This document shows positions 48,335 through 59,494 of a stretch of DNA of 64,000 bases, in pieces; the first letter of the stretch is position 1, and every line of letters starts with the position of its first letter. The notes beneath the pieces are model-generated. The model did not search any database. It was not told the DNA's origin and saw only the letters and a list, made by a program, of their open reading frames with translations. A program made the translations under genes and the position numbers. Source of the DNA: an uncultured Gemmatimonadales bacterium (GTDB lineage: Bacteria; Gemmatimonadota; Gemmatimonadetes; Longimicrobiales; RSA9); NCBI GenBank assembly GCA_963798085.1, contig CAWCRS010000005.1, forward strand, positions 320,001 to 384,000, written 5' to 3'.

Positions 48335-50405
48335 TTCTTCAGACTCTTCAGCCAGGACCGGAACATCTCGAGATCTTCGTCGCTCTCCGTGCCCGGCCGG
48401 GCGGGCGTCTCGCCCTCTGCCGGATGCTGCCCCGTCCACTCCTGGAAAGCAGCTTCTGACTCCTGGGCAGCAACCGTGCCCGCTGTCGTACCCGGCAGCG
48501 CGCTGCTTTCCGCCAGGGTCGCTTCGGGTGCCGCTGCAGCGCCGGCCGGCCGCCACGCCAGCAAAGACCGGAAATAGTCACCCACGCGAGCCCCGCCTGC
48601 ATCCTCGCGTGGCTCCATCTGCCATGTGTAAGGCGAGTCCTCGGCGCCCGCTACCCCTTCGGCGCCCGTCCAGGCCGACTCCACACGCTCCAGCCAGGCT
48701 TCGTTCGCGCGATCCTCTTCCGCGCGCACTGTCTCTGACTCCGGTTCCTGCGCGCGGCCCCAGCCCGAAGCAAGGTCCAGCTCGCGCAGTCGGGCGGCCA
48801 GGCGCTCGTCGCCGGGCCGCGCTTCCACCAGCCTGCGGTAGACCGCTGCGGCGCGCTCGTAGAGACCCTGCCCGGCGTAGATCTCAGCCAGTGTCTCGGT
48901 GATCACCTGATCGCCGGAGTCGTCCGCGTCTGCATCCCAGTCTTCGCTGTAGGAGGCAGCGCCCGCCAGGTCCGCCGGCACGGCAAGATCTTCGGGCACC
49001 ACGAAGTCAGGCGCATCCGCGTACCCCGCCTCGTCCGATCCCGCCGCGCCCAGTTCCGTCAGCGCCGCGTCGGCCGCCGCCGAGGCCTCCTGCGCGCTCT
49101 CGGCCTCTCCAGGGAAGCTGGCGCTCATCTCGACATCGAAGGTGAATTCGGCGGTCTCCGGGGCCAGTGCCGATTCGTACTCGATGGCCTCGGAGGCGCC
49201 GCCAGCCATGAACTCCGCTTCGTTGGCGGGCTCCTGGATGTCAGGGATCTCCTCGATCGACTCGATCGTCTCCTCGTACAGATGCCGACCGCCTGCAACC
49301 AGTCCGGCGCCGCCGGCTCGGCCGCCTCCAGTTCCTGCTCCGGTTCCTCCGCCTCCGCGCGCGCCTCATCCGTAGCGTGCTCCGCAGGCGCCTCGTGTGT
49401 GTCAGCCGACGCCGTCATCCACTCCCAGCGATCCGCCGGGATCCACTCGCCCGTGTCCCCCTTCGGGCTGCCCCGCTCGGCCTCAATGTCCGCCTGAATC
49501 GTCTCCGGCTCGGTCCACCGCCCCTCGACCGGCGGCGTCGTTTCATCCTCGGCCGCTGGTGTCTCCGCGCCCGCTTCGCCGGCCGGCTGGCTGGCTTCGA
49601 CACTGGCGCTGGCGGCCTCGGCCGCCTCGATGGCATCGCCACCCTCGATTGCGGCCGACACCGGCTCGACCACCGCGAACTGCTCGGGCGCCGGCGTGAA
49701 GTCCACGGGCTCGCCGGATTCCGCTAACGGCGTGTCTGCGACCGGCTGGTTCCGCTCTTCAGCGCCGGCGGCGGGTGGCTCGGCAGCTTCCGCGGTCCTT
49801 CCCCAGTGTGTACCGCTCGCCTCGAAGCCTTCGACCGCAATCGATTCTCCCGCTTCCGGCTCGAGGGTCAGGTCCACAGCGGGCGGCGTCGTCTCCAGGC
49901 CTGTCGTATTGCCCGCGAGGGGTTCAATGGCGGGCGCAGCCTTCTCGTCTTCTGCAGTGGCGACTGGCGCGGCTTCCGCGGCCGCGCTCGATATCTGCCC
50001 TTTGCGCAGCTTCCGCAGTTCTTCCTGGATGCCACCGTCGGACGGGTCCAGTACCGACAGTTCGTCGTAGTAATGCAGAGCCTCATCGGTGTTTCCGGAC
50101 GAAGCTGCCAGGTCTCCGAGCGAGCGCAGCGCCACCAGGTTGTGCCGGTCCAGTTCCAGCACGCGACGGAACTCGCTCATGGCATTCGTCGTATCGCCAG
50201 TGTCGAGCAGCACGCGACCCAGAACCACGTGTGCGCTCGCGTAATCCGGATGACGTCGCAGACCATCTTCGAGAATCTCGCGCGCCCGCTCGTGCTGTCC
50301 CGCCTTGCGGCAGGCCTCAGCCAGGTGCGTGAAAACACGCCCCTCGGGATTGCTCGCGTACAACGACTCCAGTTTGGCGATCTCGTCCCGGTGGGAATCG
50401 ATCAT
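48331..50405 (-). CDS. TPR protein with long acidic Glu/Ala/Pro linker (frameshift near 49275)
   Basis: N-terminal TPRs (FTHLAEACRKAG.., AHVVLGRVL), second TPR TETLAEIYAGQG, C-terminal DLEMFRSWLKSLKK. Confidence 0.8.
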
Positions 50406-50450
50406 GAACCTGCTCCACGCGTTGGGCCGGGGGTGCCTGGAAAGCGCGTC

Positions 50451-50480
50451 ATATTAGACCGGCGTTTCTCGCCATGTCAA
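50451..50480 (-). promoter_or_regulatory. sigma70-type promoter for the TPR-aroQ-accBC operon
   Basis: Minus strand TTGACA-N18-TAATAT. Confidence 0.55.
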
Positions 50481-50526
50481 CGCGCCTTCCACTCTGTTCG
50501 CAGCTTCGTCCAGCGCCGCGCTCCGG

Positions 50527-50555
50527 TTGAAACTATGCGGCACCGGCTGTACCTT
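50527..50555 (+). promoter_or_regulatory. sigma70-type promoter for surA/ppiD
   Basis: TTGAAA-N17-TACCTT. Confidence 0.5.
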
Positions 50556-50605
50556 TCAATGCTTGTGCTTCTCGTAATTGCGTATCACAGCGGGAGTTCA
50601 CGCGT

Positions 50606-52426
50606 ATGATGCGGACCATGCGTGAGAATACGAAGTGGATCATGCTCGCGACGTCCATCGCGTTCGTCGGGCTCATGGTCTTCCAGTGGGGAATGGATCT
50701 CAGCGGCCGCAGCGGCGCCAACGCTTCGGGCGGCGAGATCGGTCGCATCAACGGCCAGCCCATCAGTAATGAAGAGTTCAATTCGGTCTACCGCAACCTG
50801 TACGACCAGCAGCAGAAGGTCTCCGACGCACCCATCGGCACGGCGCTGAACCGGCAGATCGAGGACGCGGCCTGGGATCAGGTCGTCATGCAGCGGCTCA
50901 TCGCGCAGGAACTGCGCAGTCGCGGAATCATCGTCACGGACAACGAGATCCGGCAGGCCGCGCTCTACGAGCCGCCTGCAGAGTTCCGCAATAATGCCTC
51001 ATTCCAGACGAACGGTCAGTTCGATCTGACGAAGTACCACAACTACATGTCTTCGCCGGCGGTCGACACTGAACTGCTGCTGCAGCTCGAGGCGTATTAT
51101 CGCGACGCGATTCCGCGCAGCAAGCTGTACTTCCAGGAAACCGCGGGCGTGTTCGCCACGGACGATCAGCTCTGGCGCATCTGGCGGGACACACGGGACT
51201 CGGTGTCCGTTCGCTATCTCGCCTTCGATCCGCACACGCTCGTGCCTGACGCCAGCGTGACGGTCAGTGATGCGGACATGAACGCCTACTACCGCGCCCA
51301 CGAGAGCGATTTCCTGCGCCCCGCGCGTGCCTCGATTCGCTACGTCATGATCGATCGCGAGCCCACGGCTGCCGACAGCGCCACCGCGCTGGCGCGCGCG
51401 CAGCGTGTGGAGAAGGAACTCGCCGCGGGCGGCAACTTCGCGGACATCGCGAAGCGTGAGTCGGCAGATACCGTGTCGGCCAATGACGGCGGCAAGGTCA
51501 CGGTGCACAAGGGGCGTTCCGCGCCCGCGCTCGACCAGGCCGCGTTCGCGCAGCCCATCGGCAAACTCGGGTCCCCGGTGCTGACCCAGTTCGGCTACCA
51601 CATCCTGCGTGTCGACAGCCGCGCGGCGGACAGCGCCGTGGTGCACCAGGTGCTGATTCCCATCGAGTTGTCCACGGAGCACGAGAATCGGGTGCTGGAC
51701 CAGGCCGATTCGCTGGACGCGCTCACGGAAACGATGAAGCTGGACCAGATCGCCCGGAACCTCGGCCTGGAGGTCAAGACCGCCGACCTCATCCCCGGCC
51801 TCGACCTGGTGCCCGGTCTCGGGCAGACCGCGGATGGCTCCGACTGGGCCTTCCACACCGGCAAGCCCGGCGAGGTGAGTCCCGTCTTCGAGACCCCAAC
51901 AGCCTATTACGTCTTCGAGCTCGTGAAACGCGATGACGAGCGCACGCTCACGCTCGATGAAGCCAAACAGTCGATTCACACTGCGGTCATGAATGAGAAG
52001 AAACTGGTGAAGGCGCGCGACATTGCGCGCGAAGCACTGGACCGTGTGCACGCCGGTCAGTCACTGGACGCGGTGGCGAAGTCGTACAACGTGACCGTCA
52101 AGGATGCCGGCCCCTTCACGCGCGGCGATTTCGTGCCCGGACTCGGTCGCCTGAATGCGGCCATCGGGACCGCGTTTGGTCTCAAGCCTGGTGAAACCAG
52201 CGGCGTCGTGGATGCGGATCAGGCGGTCTACATCATGCAGTGCGTCCGTCGCCACGACGCGGACCGCGCGGCATGGGAGAAGCAGAAGGACGCGCAGCGC
52301 CAGCGTGTGCTGCAGCAGATGGCGCAGCAGCGCTGGGATCAGTATCTGGAAGCGCTGCGCAAGAATGCCTCGATCACCGACAATCGCGCCCAGGCTCTGC
52401 AGCGCAACAGCCAGGCCGCAACCTGA
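50606..52426 (+). CDS. SurA N-terminal/PpiD-like peptidylprolyl isomerase
   Basis: N-terminal TM anchor, SurA_N region, parvulin motifs FADIAKRESAD..GG and PVLTQFGYHIL. Confidence 0.9.
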   Translation: MMRTMRENTKWIMLATSIAFVGLMVFQWGMDLSGRSGANASGGEIGRINGQPISNEEFNSVYRNLYDQQQKVSDAPIGTALNRQIEDAAWDQVVMQRLIAQELRSRGIIVTDNEIRQAALYEPPAEFRNNASFQTNGQFDLTKYHNYMSSPAVDTELLLQLEAYYRDAIPRSKLYFQETAGVFATDDQLWRIWRDTRDSVSVRYLAFDPHTLVPDASVTVSDADMNAYYRAHESDFLRPARASIRYVMIDREPTAADSATALARAQRVEKELAAGGNFADIAKRESADTVSANDGGKVTVHKGRSAPALDQAAFAQPIGKLGSPVLTQFGYHILRVDSRAADSAVVHQVLIPIELSTEHENRVLDQADSLDALTETMKLDQIARNLGLEVKTADLIPGLDLVPGLGQTADGSDWAFHTGKPGEVSPVFETPTAYYVFELVKRDDERTLTLDEAKQSIHTAVMNEKKLVKARDIAREALDRVHAGQSLDAVAKSYNVTVKDAGPFTRGDFVPGLGRLNAAIGTAFGLKPGETSGVVDADQAVYIMQCVRRHDADRAAWEKQKDAQRQRVLQQMAQQRWDQYLEALRKNASITDNRAQALQRNSQAAT

Positions 52427-52446
52427 GACCCTGTCAACAGACTGTT

Positions 52447-52487
52447 AAAGCAAAGCCCGGCGAATCTGCTCGCCGGGCTTTGCTTTT
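52447..52487. terminator. bidirectional intrinsic terminator
   Basis: AAAGCAAAGCCCGGCGA-ATCTGC-TCGCCGGGCTTTGCTTT perfect 17-bp inverted repeat between convergent genes. Confidence 0.85.
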
Positions 52488-52576
52488 GCGAAGACTGCAG
52501 AGCGGGCACGCCTCCTGCCGGAGGCATGCCGTTATTGCGCCCACCTGAAAGCTCCGCCCGCAGGCGAAGCCCCGCG

Positions 52577-52828
52577 TCAGCTGCTCTTGGTCTGGTTCGC
52601 GTCGTCCGCCTGCGGCGCCGCCACGGCGGCGCGCTTCGCGGGCGGTGCGATCTGCTCGTTGTCGCCCGCGCGCTCGATCTCGCTGTTGATGTCGCGCATT
52701 GAGCGTTTGAACTCGCGGATTCCGCGGCCCAGTCCACTGCCCAGTTCGGGAAGCCGCTTGGCACCGAAGATCAGCAACAGCACCACCATGATGAAGATCA
52801 TTTCGGTAGGCCCGAGTGAGAACGGCAT
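52577..52828 (-). CDS. tatA: twin-arginine translocase TatA
   Basis: LLIFGAKRLPELGSGLGRGIREFK. Confidence 0.95.
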   Translation of the reverse strand: MPFSLGPTEMIFIMVVLLLIFGAKRLPELGSGLGRGIREFKRSMRDINSEIERAGDNEQIAPPAKRAAVAAPQADDANQTKSS

Positions 52829-52846
52829 ACGGCCTCTCTTTCGATC

Positions 52847-53122
52847 CTACAGCCAGGATCGTATGACGAGCCCGACCAGGAGGATTCCCACCAGGCTGAG
52901 CGCGTTGAGATTGATGGTCAGTGGTCCAACAACAAGTGCAATGGCGATCAGATCCACGCTCAGCGGACCCAGCGAAGCGGAGACTGATGTCGTAAGGAAC
53001 TCCCGCGCCGCGCTCTCCGGCAGAAACAGCACGGCGAGCTTCGTGAACAGCGCGCCGACGAACAGTCCCACCAGCAGAGCCCAGAACAGGCGGGACACCG
53101 CGCCCCGCCGGACATTCACCAT
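52847..53122 (-). CDS. small membrane protein (DUF4321-like)
   Basis: Hydrophobic helices with FLTTSVSASLGP..DL..GPLTINLN pattern. Confidence 0.7.
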   Translation of the reverse strand: MVNVRRGAVSRLFWALLVGLFVGALFTKLAVLFLPESAAREFLTTSVSASLGPLSVDLIAIALVVGPLTINLNALSLVGILLVGLVIRSWL

Positions 53123-53166
53123 GCTGCTACCGGTTGTACCAGAGGAAGTTCCAAGGATTCTCACCT

Positions 53167-54153
53167 TCAGCGATGACGTTCGATGACATAGGCAATGGCC
53201 GCGCGCAGCAACTCGACCGGCTCTTCATCCGGCAGGCCGGTAAGCGCTTCCGCAGCCTGTTCTCCGTATTCCGCAGCGCGCTGGCGGGCGTACTCCAGTC
53301 CACCGTTTTCCTCGACCCGCCGCACGATGTGTTCGATCCCTTCCTCGGTCGGTACCGGGTCGGCGAAGAAGTGTTCGACTTCGCGCTTCGACTCCGCCGG
53401 CATCACGCGGAGCGCCTGGATCAGGGGCAGTGTGACCTTGTGTTCACGCAGGTCCTGGCCCGACGGCTTGCCCGTCACCGCCTCCGCTTCCGTGTAGTCG
53501 AGAAGATCATCGGCGATCTGGAACGCCATACCCAGCGCGTGACCGTAGCGCGCCAGCGGCTCGCGGTACTCCGCGCGGCCGATCGCCGCCCCCATCTGGC
53601 ACGCGGCGCTCATCAGTGATGCCGTCTTGCTGGCGATCAGTTTACGGTAATCCTGTTCGGTGAAGCGCAGTGCGTCATGCGAGGCGAGCTGCCGCAGCTC
53701 ACCCACACTCATCTCGTTGGCCGCCTGCGACAGCACTTCCACCAGGTCGACTCTGCCGAAACGCGCCAGCTCGGACACCGACCGGCTGTACAGGTAATCG
53801 CCCATGATGACCGCGGTCTGGTGATTCCACAGCGCGTTCACCGTCGGCATGCCGCGTCGCAGAACAGAGTGGTCCACGGCGTCATCGTGCACGAGCGTGG
53901 CGAGATGGACCAGTTCGACAATGGCCGCGAGCGTGACGGCGCGAGGGTGTGGCGAACCGCCCACGCGATTGGCGAGCAGAACGAGCGTGGGACGGAAGAG
54001 TTTGCCGCGCGACCAGAGCAGGTGATCGCTCACCTCCTGAATCGCGGCAAAGTCTGCCAGCACAATCCGCCGGAGCTCGCCCACCACTTCGTCGAGCAAC
54101 CCGCGGACCGGGCGCTGGATTTGTGCGAGCCTCGGCGGCTTCGTGCGCAGCAT
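53167..54153 (-). CDS. polyprenyl diphosphate synthase
   Basis: GKLFRP, LVHDDAVD..RRG, KTASL, FQIADDLLD. Confidence 0.95.
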   Translation of the reverse strand: MLRTKPPRLAQIQRPVRGLLDEVVGELRRIVLADFAAIQEVSDHLLWSRGKLFRPTLVLLANRVGGSPHPRAVTLAAIVELVHLATLVHDDAVDHSVLRRGMPTVNALWNHQTAVIMGDYLYSRSVSELARFGRVDLVEVLSQAANEMSVGELRQLASHDALRFTEQDYRKLIASKTASLMSAACQMGAAIGRAEYREPLARYGHALGMAFQIADDLLDYTEAEAVTGKPSGQDLREHKVTLPLIQALRVMPAESKREVEHFFADPVPTEEGIEHIVRRVEENGGLEYARQRAAEYGEQAAEALTGLPDEEPVELLRAAIAYVIERHR

Positions 54154-54182
54154 GCGAGTTCAACCGGACATGGTAATGTCGC

Positions 54183-54211
54183 AAGCTACCGTGGCCCGCG
54201 CGGCGTGTCAA
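54183..54211 (-). promoter_or_regulatory. sigma70-type promoter for polyprenyl synthase-DUF4321-tatA
   Basis: Minus strand TTGACA (54211-54206)-N17-TAGCTT (54188-54183). Confidence 0.7.
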
Positions 54212-55719
54212 AGACTCGCCATTCGCTCGGACACGTCCTTGAAGCCGATGTCGAGACCCATGACGCGCTCGTAGGCATCGAGGGCTTTCTCGCGCTGGCC
54301 CAGCTCTTCGTACGCGCGGCCCAGATGGTAATACACGCCGATGAGTTCGATCTCGTCATCCGGCTCGAACTGCATGGCGCGCGACAGAACCTTGACGGCG
54401 ATGTTGAACTGCCGCTTGAGCAGGAAGCACTGGCCCAGTTCCTCGAAGATCTTGAGGCTGTCATCGCCGCCGCGCAGTGCCACCTGGAACTGGCCGATCG
54501 CCTCATCGAGAAGCCCCATCTCCTTGAAGGCGAGACCGAGATCGTAGTGGCTCCCGATGTCATCGTGTGCGACGTTCTCTGCGATCTTCTGTTTGAACTG
54601 CGCGAGCAGCTCGGCGAAATCGCGGTCCTCATCGCCCGTCGGGTCGGTCTCCTGCACGAAGAAGCGCGTTGCCTTCGGCTCATCCTCGCTCACCCCCAGC
54701 AGGTCGGACAGGTCGACATAGCCTGCCGTGCTGGTTTCCGGCCCGTGTGGCTGCCTGTCGGTTGCCCGCGCTTCAGTCGCAGTCTCGCGATCGCTGGATG
54801 AAGGGGGTTCGCCGATGCTCGTGGTCTCGAGACCGGAGGGCGGTGCGGCCTCGGGGATCGCCTCGGCCGCCTCGCTGTCCGTTTCGGTTTCGGGCGACGA
54901 CGTTTCCTCTACCGCTGCTTCGCTCACCAGGCTGGTCTGCTCGAAGCCCGCGACGCGGGTCGGCGCGGGCTCGTCATCGAACCCGGGCAAACCTTCGGGC
55001 GTGGGTGGAACGTCTTCGTCGGCCCTGCCACGACGTCTGTCGTCAGGCGAGGGCAGGCCGGCGTCGCGCGCGTGAGCGGGATGCTTGGGCGGTACGGGAT
55101 CGAGCGTGGAAAGCTCGGGATAGCGCTCGAGTGCTTCGGCGCGCAGCGCGTCAGCGGCGTCATTCGCGCCGTCGCGCAACCGCATGTGGTACGCCCGCCG
55201 GTACTCGGTCTGCGCGTCTTCGAGGCGCCCGTGCGCGTAAAGCTTGCGCGCCAGCAGCTCGCGGATCTCCGGATCATTGGAGATGTCGGCAAAATCATCG
55301 AGCGCATGGAACGCGTCGTCGACGTCGCCCTTGTGAAAAGCGCGATCCGCGTATTCGAGGAACCAGCGACGGGCGTCGGTGAGGAAGCCCTGCGATGCGG
55401 AGAAGCGGCCCAGTTTGCGCAGCAGGTCGACGCGCTGCGGCGCGTAGCGCAGTGCCTTGTTGCAGAGCGCGATCGCGTTGTTGTAGAGCCCGGCGTCCGC
55501 GTAATGGTCGGCCGCCTGCTCGTAGAACTTCACGGCCTCGTTGGGTCGGCCGGTGCGCAGGTAGAGGTCGCCCACGCGGTTGTAGAGGGGCAGCTCGCCC
55601 ACCTCATCCTCGGCGCCGCGCAGCACCTGCTGGTAGAGCGAGATCGCCTGATCCCACTCCTCGCGCTGCTCGTGCGTGCGCGCCTGCTCCTTCAGCTTGG
55701 CGACGGACTTTCCGTCCAT
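54208..55719 (-). CDS. TPR protein with acidic linker
   Basis: N-terminal TPR array; C-terminal SHYDLGLAFKEMGLLDEAI and YYHLGRAYE TPRs. Confidence 0.85.
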   Translation of the reverse strand: MDGKSVAKLKEQARTHEQREEWDQAISLYQQVLRGAEDEVGELPLYNRVGDLYLRTGRPNEAVKFYEQAADHYADAGLYNNAIALCNKALRYAPQRVDLLRKLGRFSASQGFLTDARRWFLEYADRAFHKGDVDDAFHALDDFADISNDPEIRELLARKLYAHGRLEDAQTEYRRAYHMRLRDGANDAADALRAEALERYPELSTLDPVPPKHPAHARDAGLPSPDDRRRGRADEDVPPTPEGLPGFDDEPAPTRVAGFEQTSLVSEAAVEETSSPETETDSEAAEAIPEAAPPSGLETTSIGEPPSSSDRETATEARATDRQPHGPETSTAGYVDLSDLLGVSEDEPKATRFFVQETDPTGDEDRDFAELLAQFKQKIAENVAHDDIGSHYDLGLAFKEMGLLDEAIGQFQVALRGGDDSLKIFEELGQCFLLKRQFNIAVKVLSRAMQFEPDDEIELIGVYYHLGRAYEELGQREKALDAYERVMGLDIGFKDVSERMASL

Positions 55720-55731
55720 GCGTCGTCGACC

Positions 55732-56649
55732 TTACCTCGCGAGATGTGTGAGCAGACGTCGTGACAGCAGACGCTCTGCGGCGTCGGCGTCGAGGTGCAG
55801 CCGCTCGCCCGCGGCTTCCAGCACCAGCCGGTCCGGCACCAGCCCGATCACCTCGGTGCGCAGAACGCTTCCACCCTGTGCGTTCACGGCTGCCTCAATG
55901 CGCCGGAACACCCCCACAGGTGATGAAGTTTCGGCGTTTTCCAGGTTCATGGAAAGTTGCAGCTCGCCGCTCTCGGGCATGCGGAAGGCCAGCGCTCGCA
56001 ATCCCTGCATGCCGCCTCCGGTCTCTCGAATGTCCTGCGCCAGCCGGCGCAGAGCCTCGAGGGAAGTGCCCTGCACGTACACGTTCCACGCGAGCAGCAC
56101 GCGGCGGGCGCCCACGCATACTGCGCCCGCCGTCGGGTGCGCGCCCTGGTGCGGCCAGTCCGCCGGCACCAGGTCTGGCATTCTGCCCGCCGGCCAGGAC
56201 CCCGCAATCGCCTCGAATCCACCCCGCCTCAGCTCCGCCAGCGTGCGCCCCGGCGGATCCGACGCCAAGGCGTAGAAATACACGGGCAAACCCACATCCC
56301 GTGCGATGCGCTGGCCGGCTCGGTGCGCGGTCGCGCGGGCATCGTCCATTGTCAATCCGAGGAGCGGCACGAACGGCAGCACATCGAGCGCTCCGATGCG
56401 CGGGTGCAGGCCGCGATGGCGGCGCAGGTCGATGCTGTCCCTCGCCACGGCAGCAGCGGCCACGGCAGCGTCCTCGACTGCCGCCGGCTGGCCCACGATC
56501 GTGACGACAGCGCGATGATGCTGCCGGTCGGACGTCCAGTCGAGCACGTCGGCGCCGGCTGCTTCCATGGCCTGCACGATGCCGCGCAGCACGCCCGGAT
56601 CGCGCCCCTCACTGAAATTGGGCACGGCCTCGAGAACCCGGGCCGTCAT
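55732..56649 (-). CDS. ftcD: glutamate formiminotransferase
   Basis: EAVPNFSEGRD, IDLRRHRGLHPRIGALDVLPFVP, GARRVLLAWN. Confidence 0.92.
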   Translation of the reverse strand: MTARVLEAVPNFSEGRDPGVLRGIVQAMEAAGADVLDWTSDRQHHRAVVTIVGQPAAVEDAAVAAAAVARDSIDLRRHRGLHPRIGALDVLPFVPLLGLTMDDARATAHRAGQRIARDVGLPVYFYALASDPPGRTLAELRRGGFEAIAGSWPAGRMPDLVPADWPHQGAHPTAGAVCVGARRVLLAWNVYVQGTSLEALRRLAQDIRETGGGMQGLRALAFRMPESGELQLSMNLENAETSSPVGVFRRIEAAVNAQGGSVLRTEVIGLVPDRLVLEAAGERLHLDADAAERLLSRRLLTHLAR

Positions 56650-57864
56650 CGGCCCGTAACGTAGACCGGGCCAATCCCGACGACAACGGTCAAGCCGCCT
56701 CCCGGCCGTGCTTCCACACGCTGCGAATGGGAGGACTGCCGAACCGGTAGGGTATCTCGTTGAAGTCGACTGCGTCCCAGAGGATCAGGTCCGCGGGTGC
56801 ACCCTCCCGCAAAATGCCTCGCCCGTCGGTCAGCTGCAGTGCCCGTGCGCCCATGGCGGTCGCGGCGTACAGCGCTTCGAGTGGCGTCATCCCCATTTGC
56901 GAGCAGGCAATCGTCAGCACCAGCGGCATGCTGGGCGAGGGCGAGGAGCCGGGATTGAAGTCGGTCGCGAGCGCAACGTGAGCACCCGCATTCAGCAGTC
57001 GCCGAGCCGGCGCGTAGCTCTTCCTGCCCAGGAAGAACAGCGTAGCCGGCAGCAGTGTCGCCACTGTCGTCGAACCAGCCAGGGCATTGATGCCTTCCTC
57101 GCCGATGGCACCCAGATGGTCGACGGAGGCAGCGCCCAGCTTCACACCCAGCTCGGCGCCGCCGGACCATTCCAGCTCGTCGGCGTGCAAACGCGGTGTC
57201 AGGCCGTGCAGCATGCCCGACTCCAGCACGCGTCGTGTCTGCGCAGCTGTGAATGCGCCCGGTTCCATGAACACGTCGCAGTAGCGCGCCAGGTTTTCGG
57301 CTGCCACTGCGGGGATCATCTCGGTCACCAGAATGTCGACGTATGCGTCGGGCCGGCCGGCGTATTCCAGCGGCACTTCGTGCGCGCCGAGGAACGTCGG
57401 CACCAGGTCGAGCGGCCCCTCCGCCTGCAGCGTCCGAATGGCGCGGAGCTGGCGCAGCTCTGCATCAGCTTCGAGGCCGTATCCGCTTTTCACTTCGGCT
57501 GTTGTGGTCCCCAGCTTGAGCATTTGCTTGAGCCGTGGCCGGCTTAGCGCTTCCAGCTCTTCCTGGCTTCGGCCGCGCAGGTCGCGGACCGATGCGTGAA
57601 TGCCGCCGCCCTGCCGGGCGATCTCCATGTACGGCACGCCGCGCGAGCGCAGCGCGTACTCGCCGGAGCGCCAGCGACCGAATACCGCGTGGGTGTGGGA
57701 GTCGACGAACCCCGGTGTGATCACGCCCTGCTCGCAGTCGACGACGTTCGCGTCCGGGAACGCCGCGCGCAGCTCGCCCTTCGCGCCGAGCCCAGCCACG
57801 ATGCCATCCTGAACGACGAGCGCGCACCCGGACCGGACATCACTCTCCTGCCCCGTCTCGCAGG

Positions 57865-59430
<1,566 letters not shown>

Positions 59431-59494
59431 GGGCCGCCAAGATAGATTCCGTGCTCGCGTCGGAACAGAAGACGGCGAGCGGTGCGGGTTCGGC

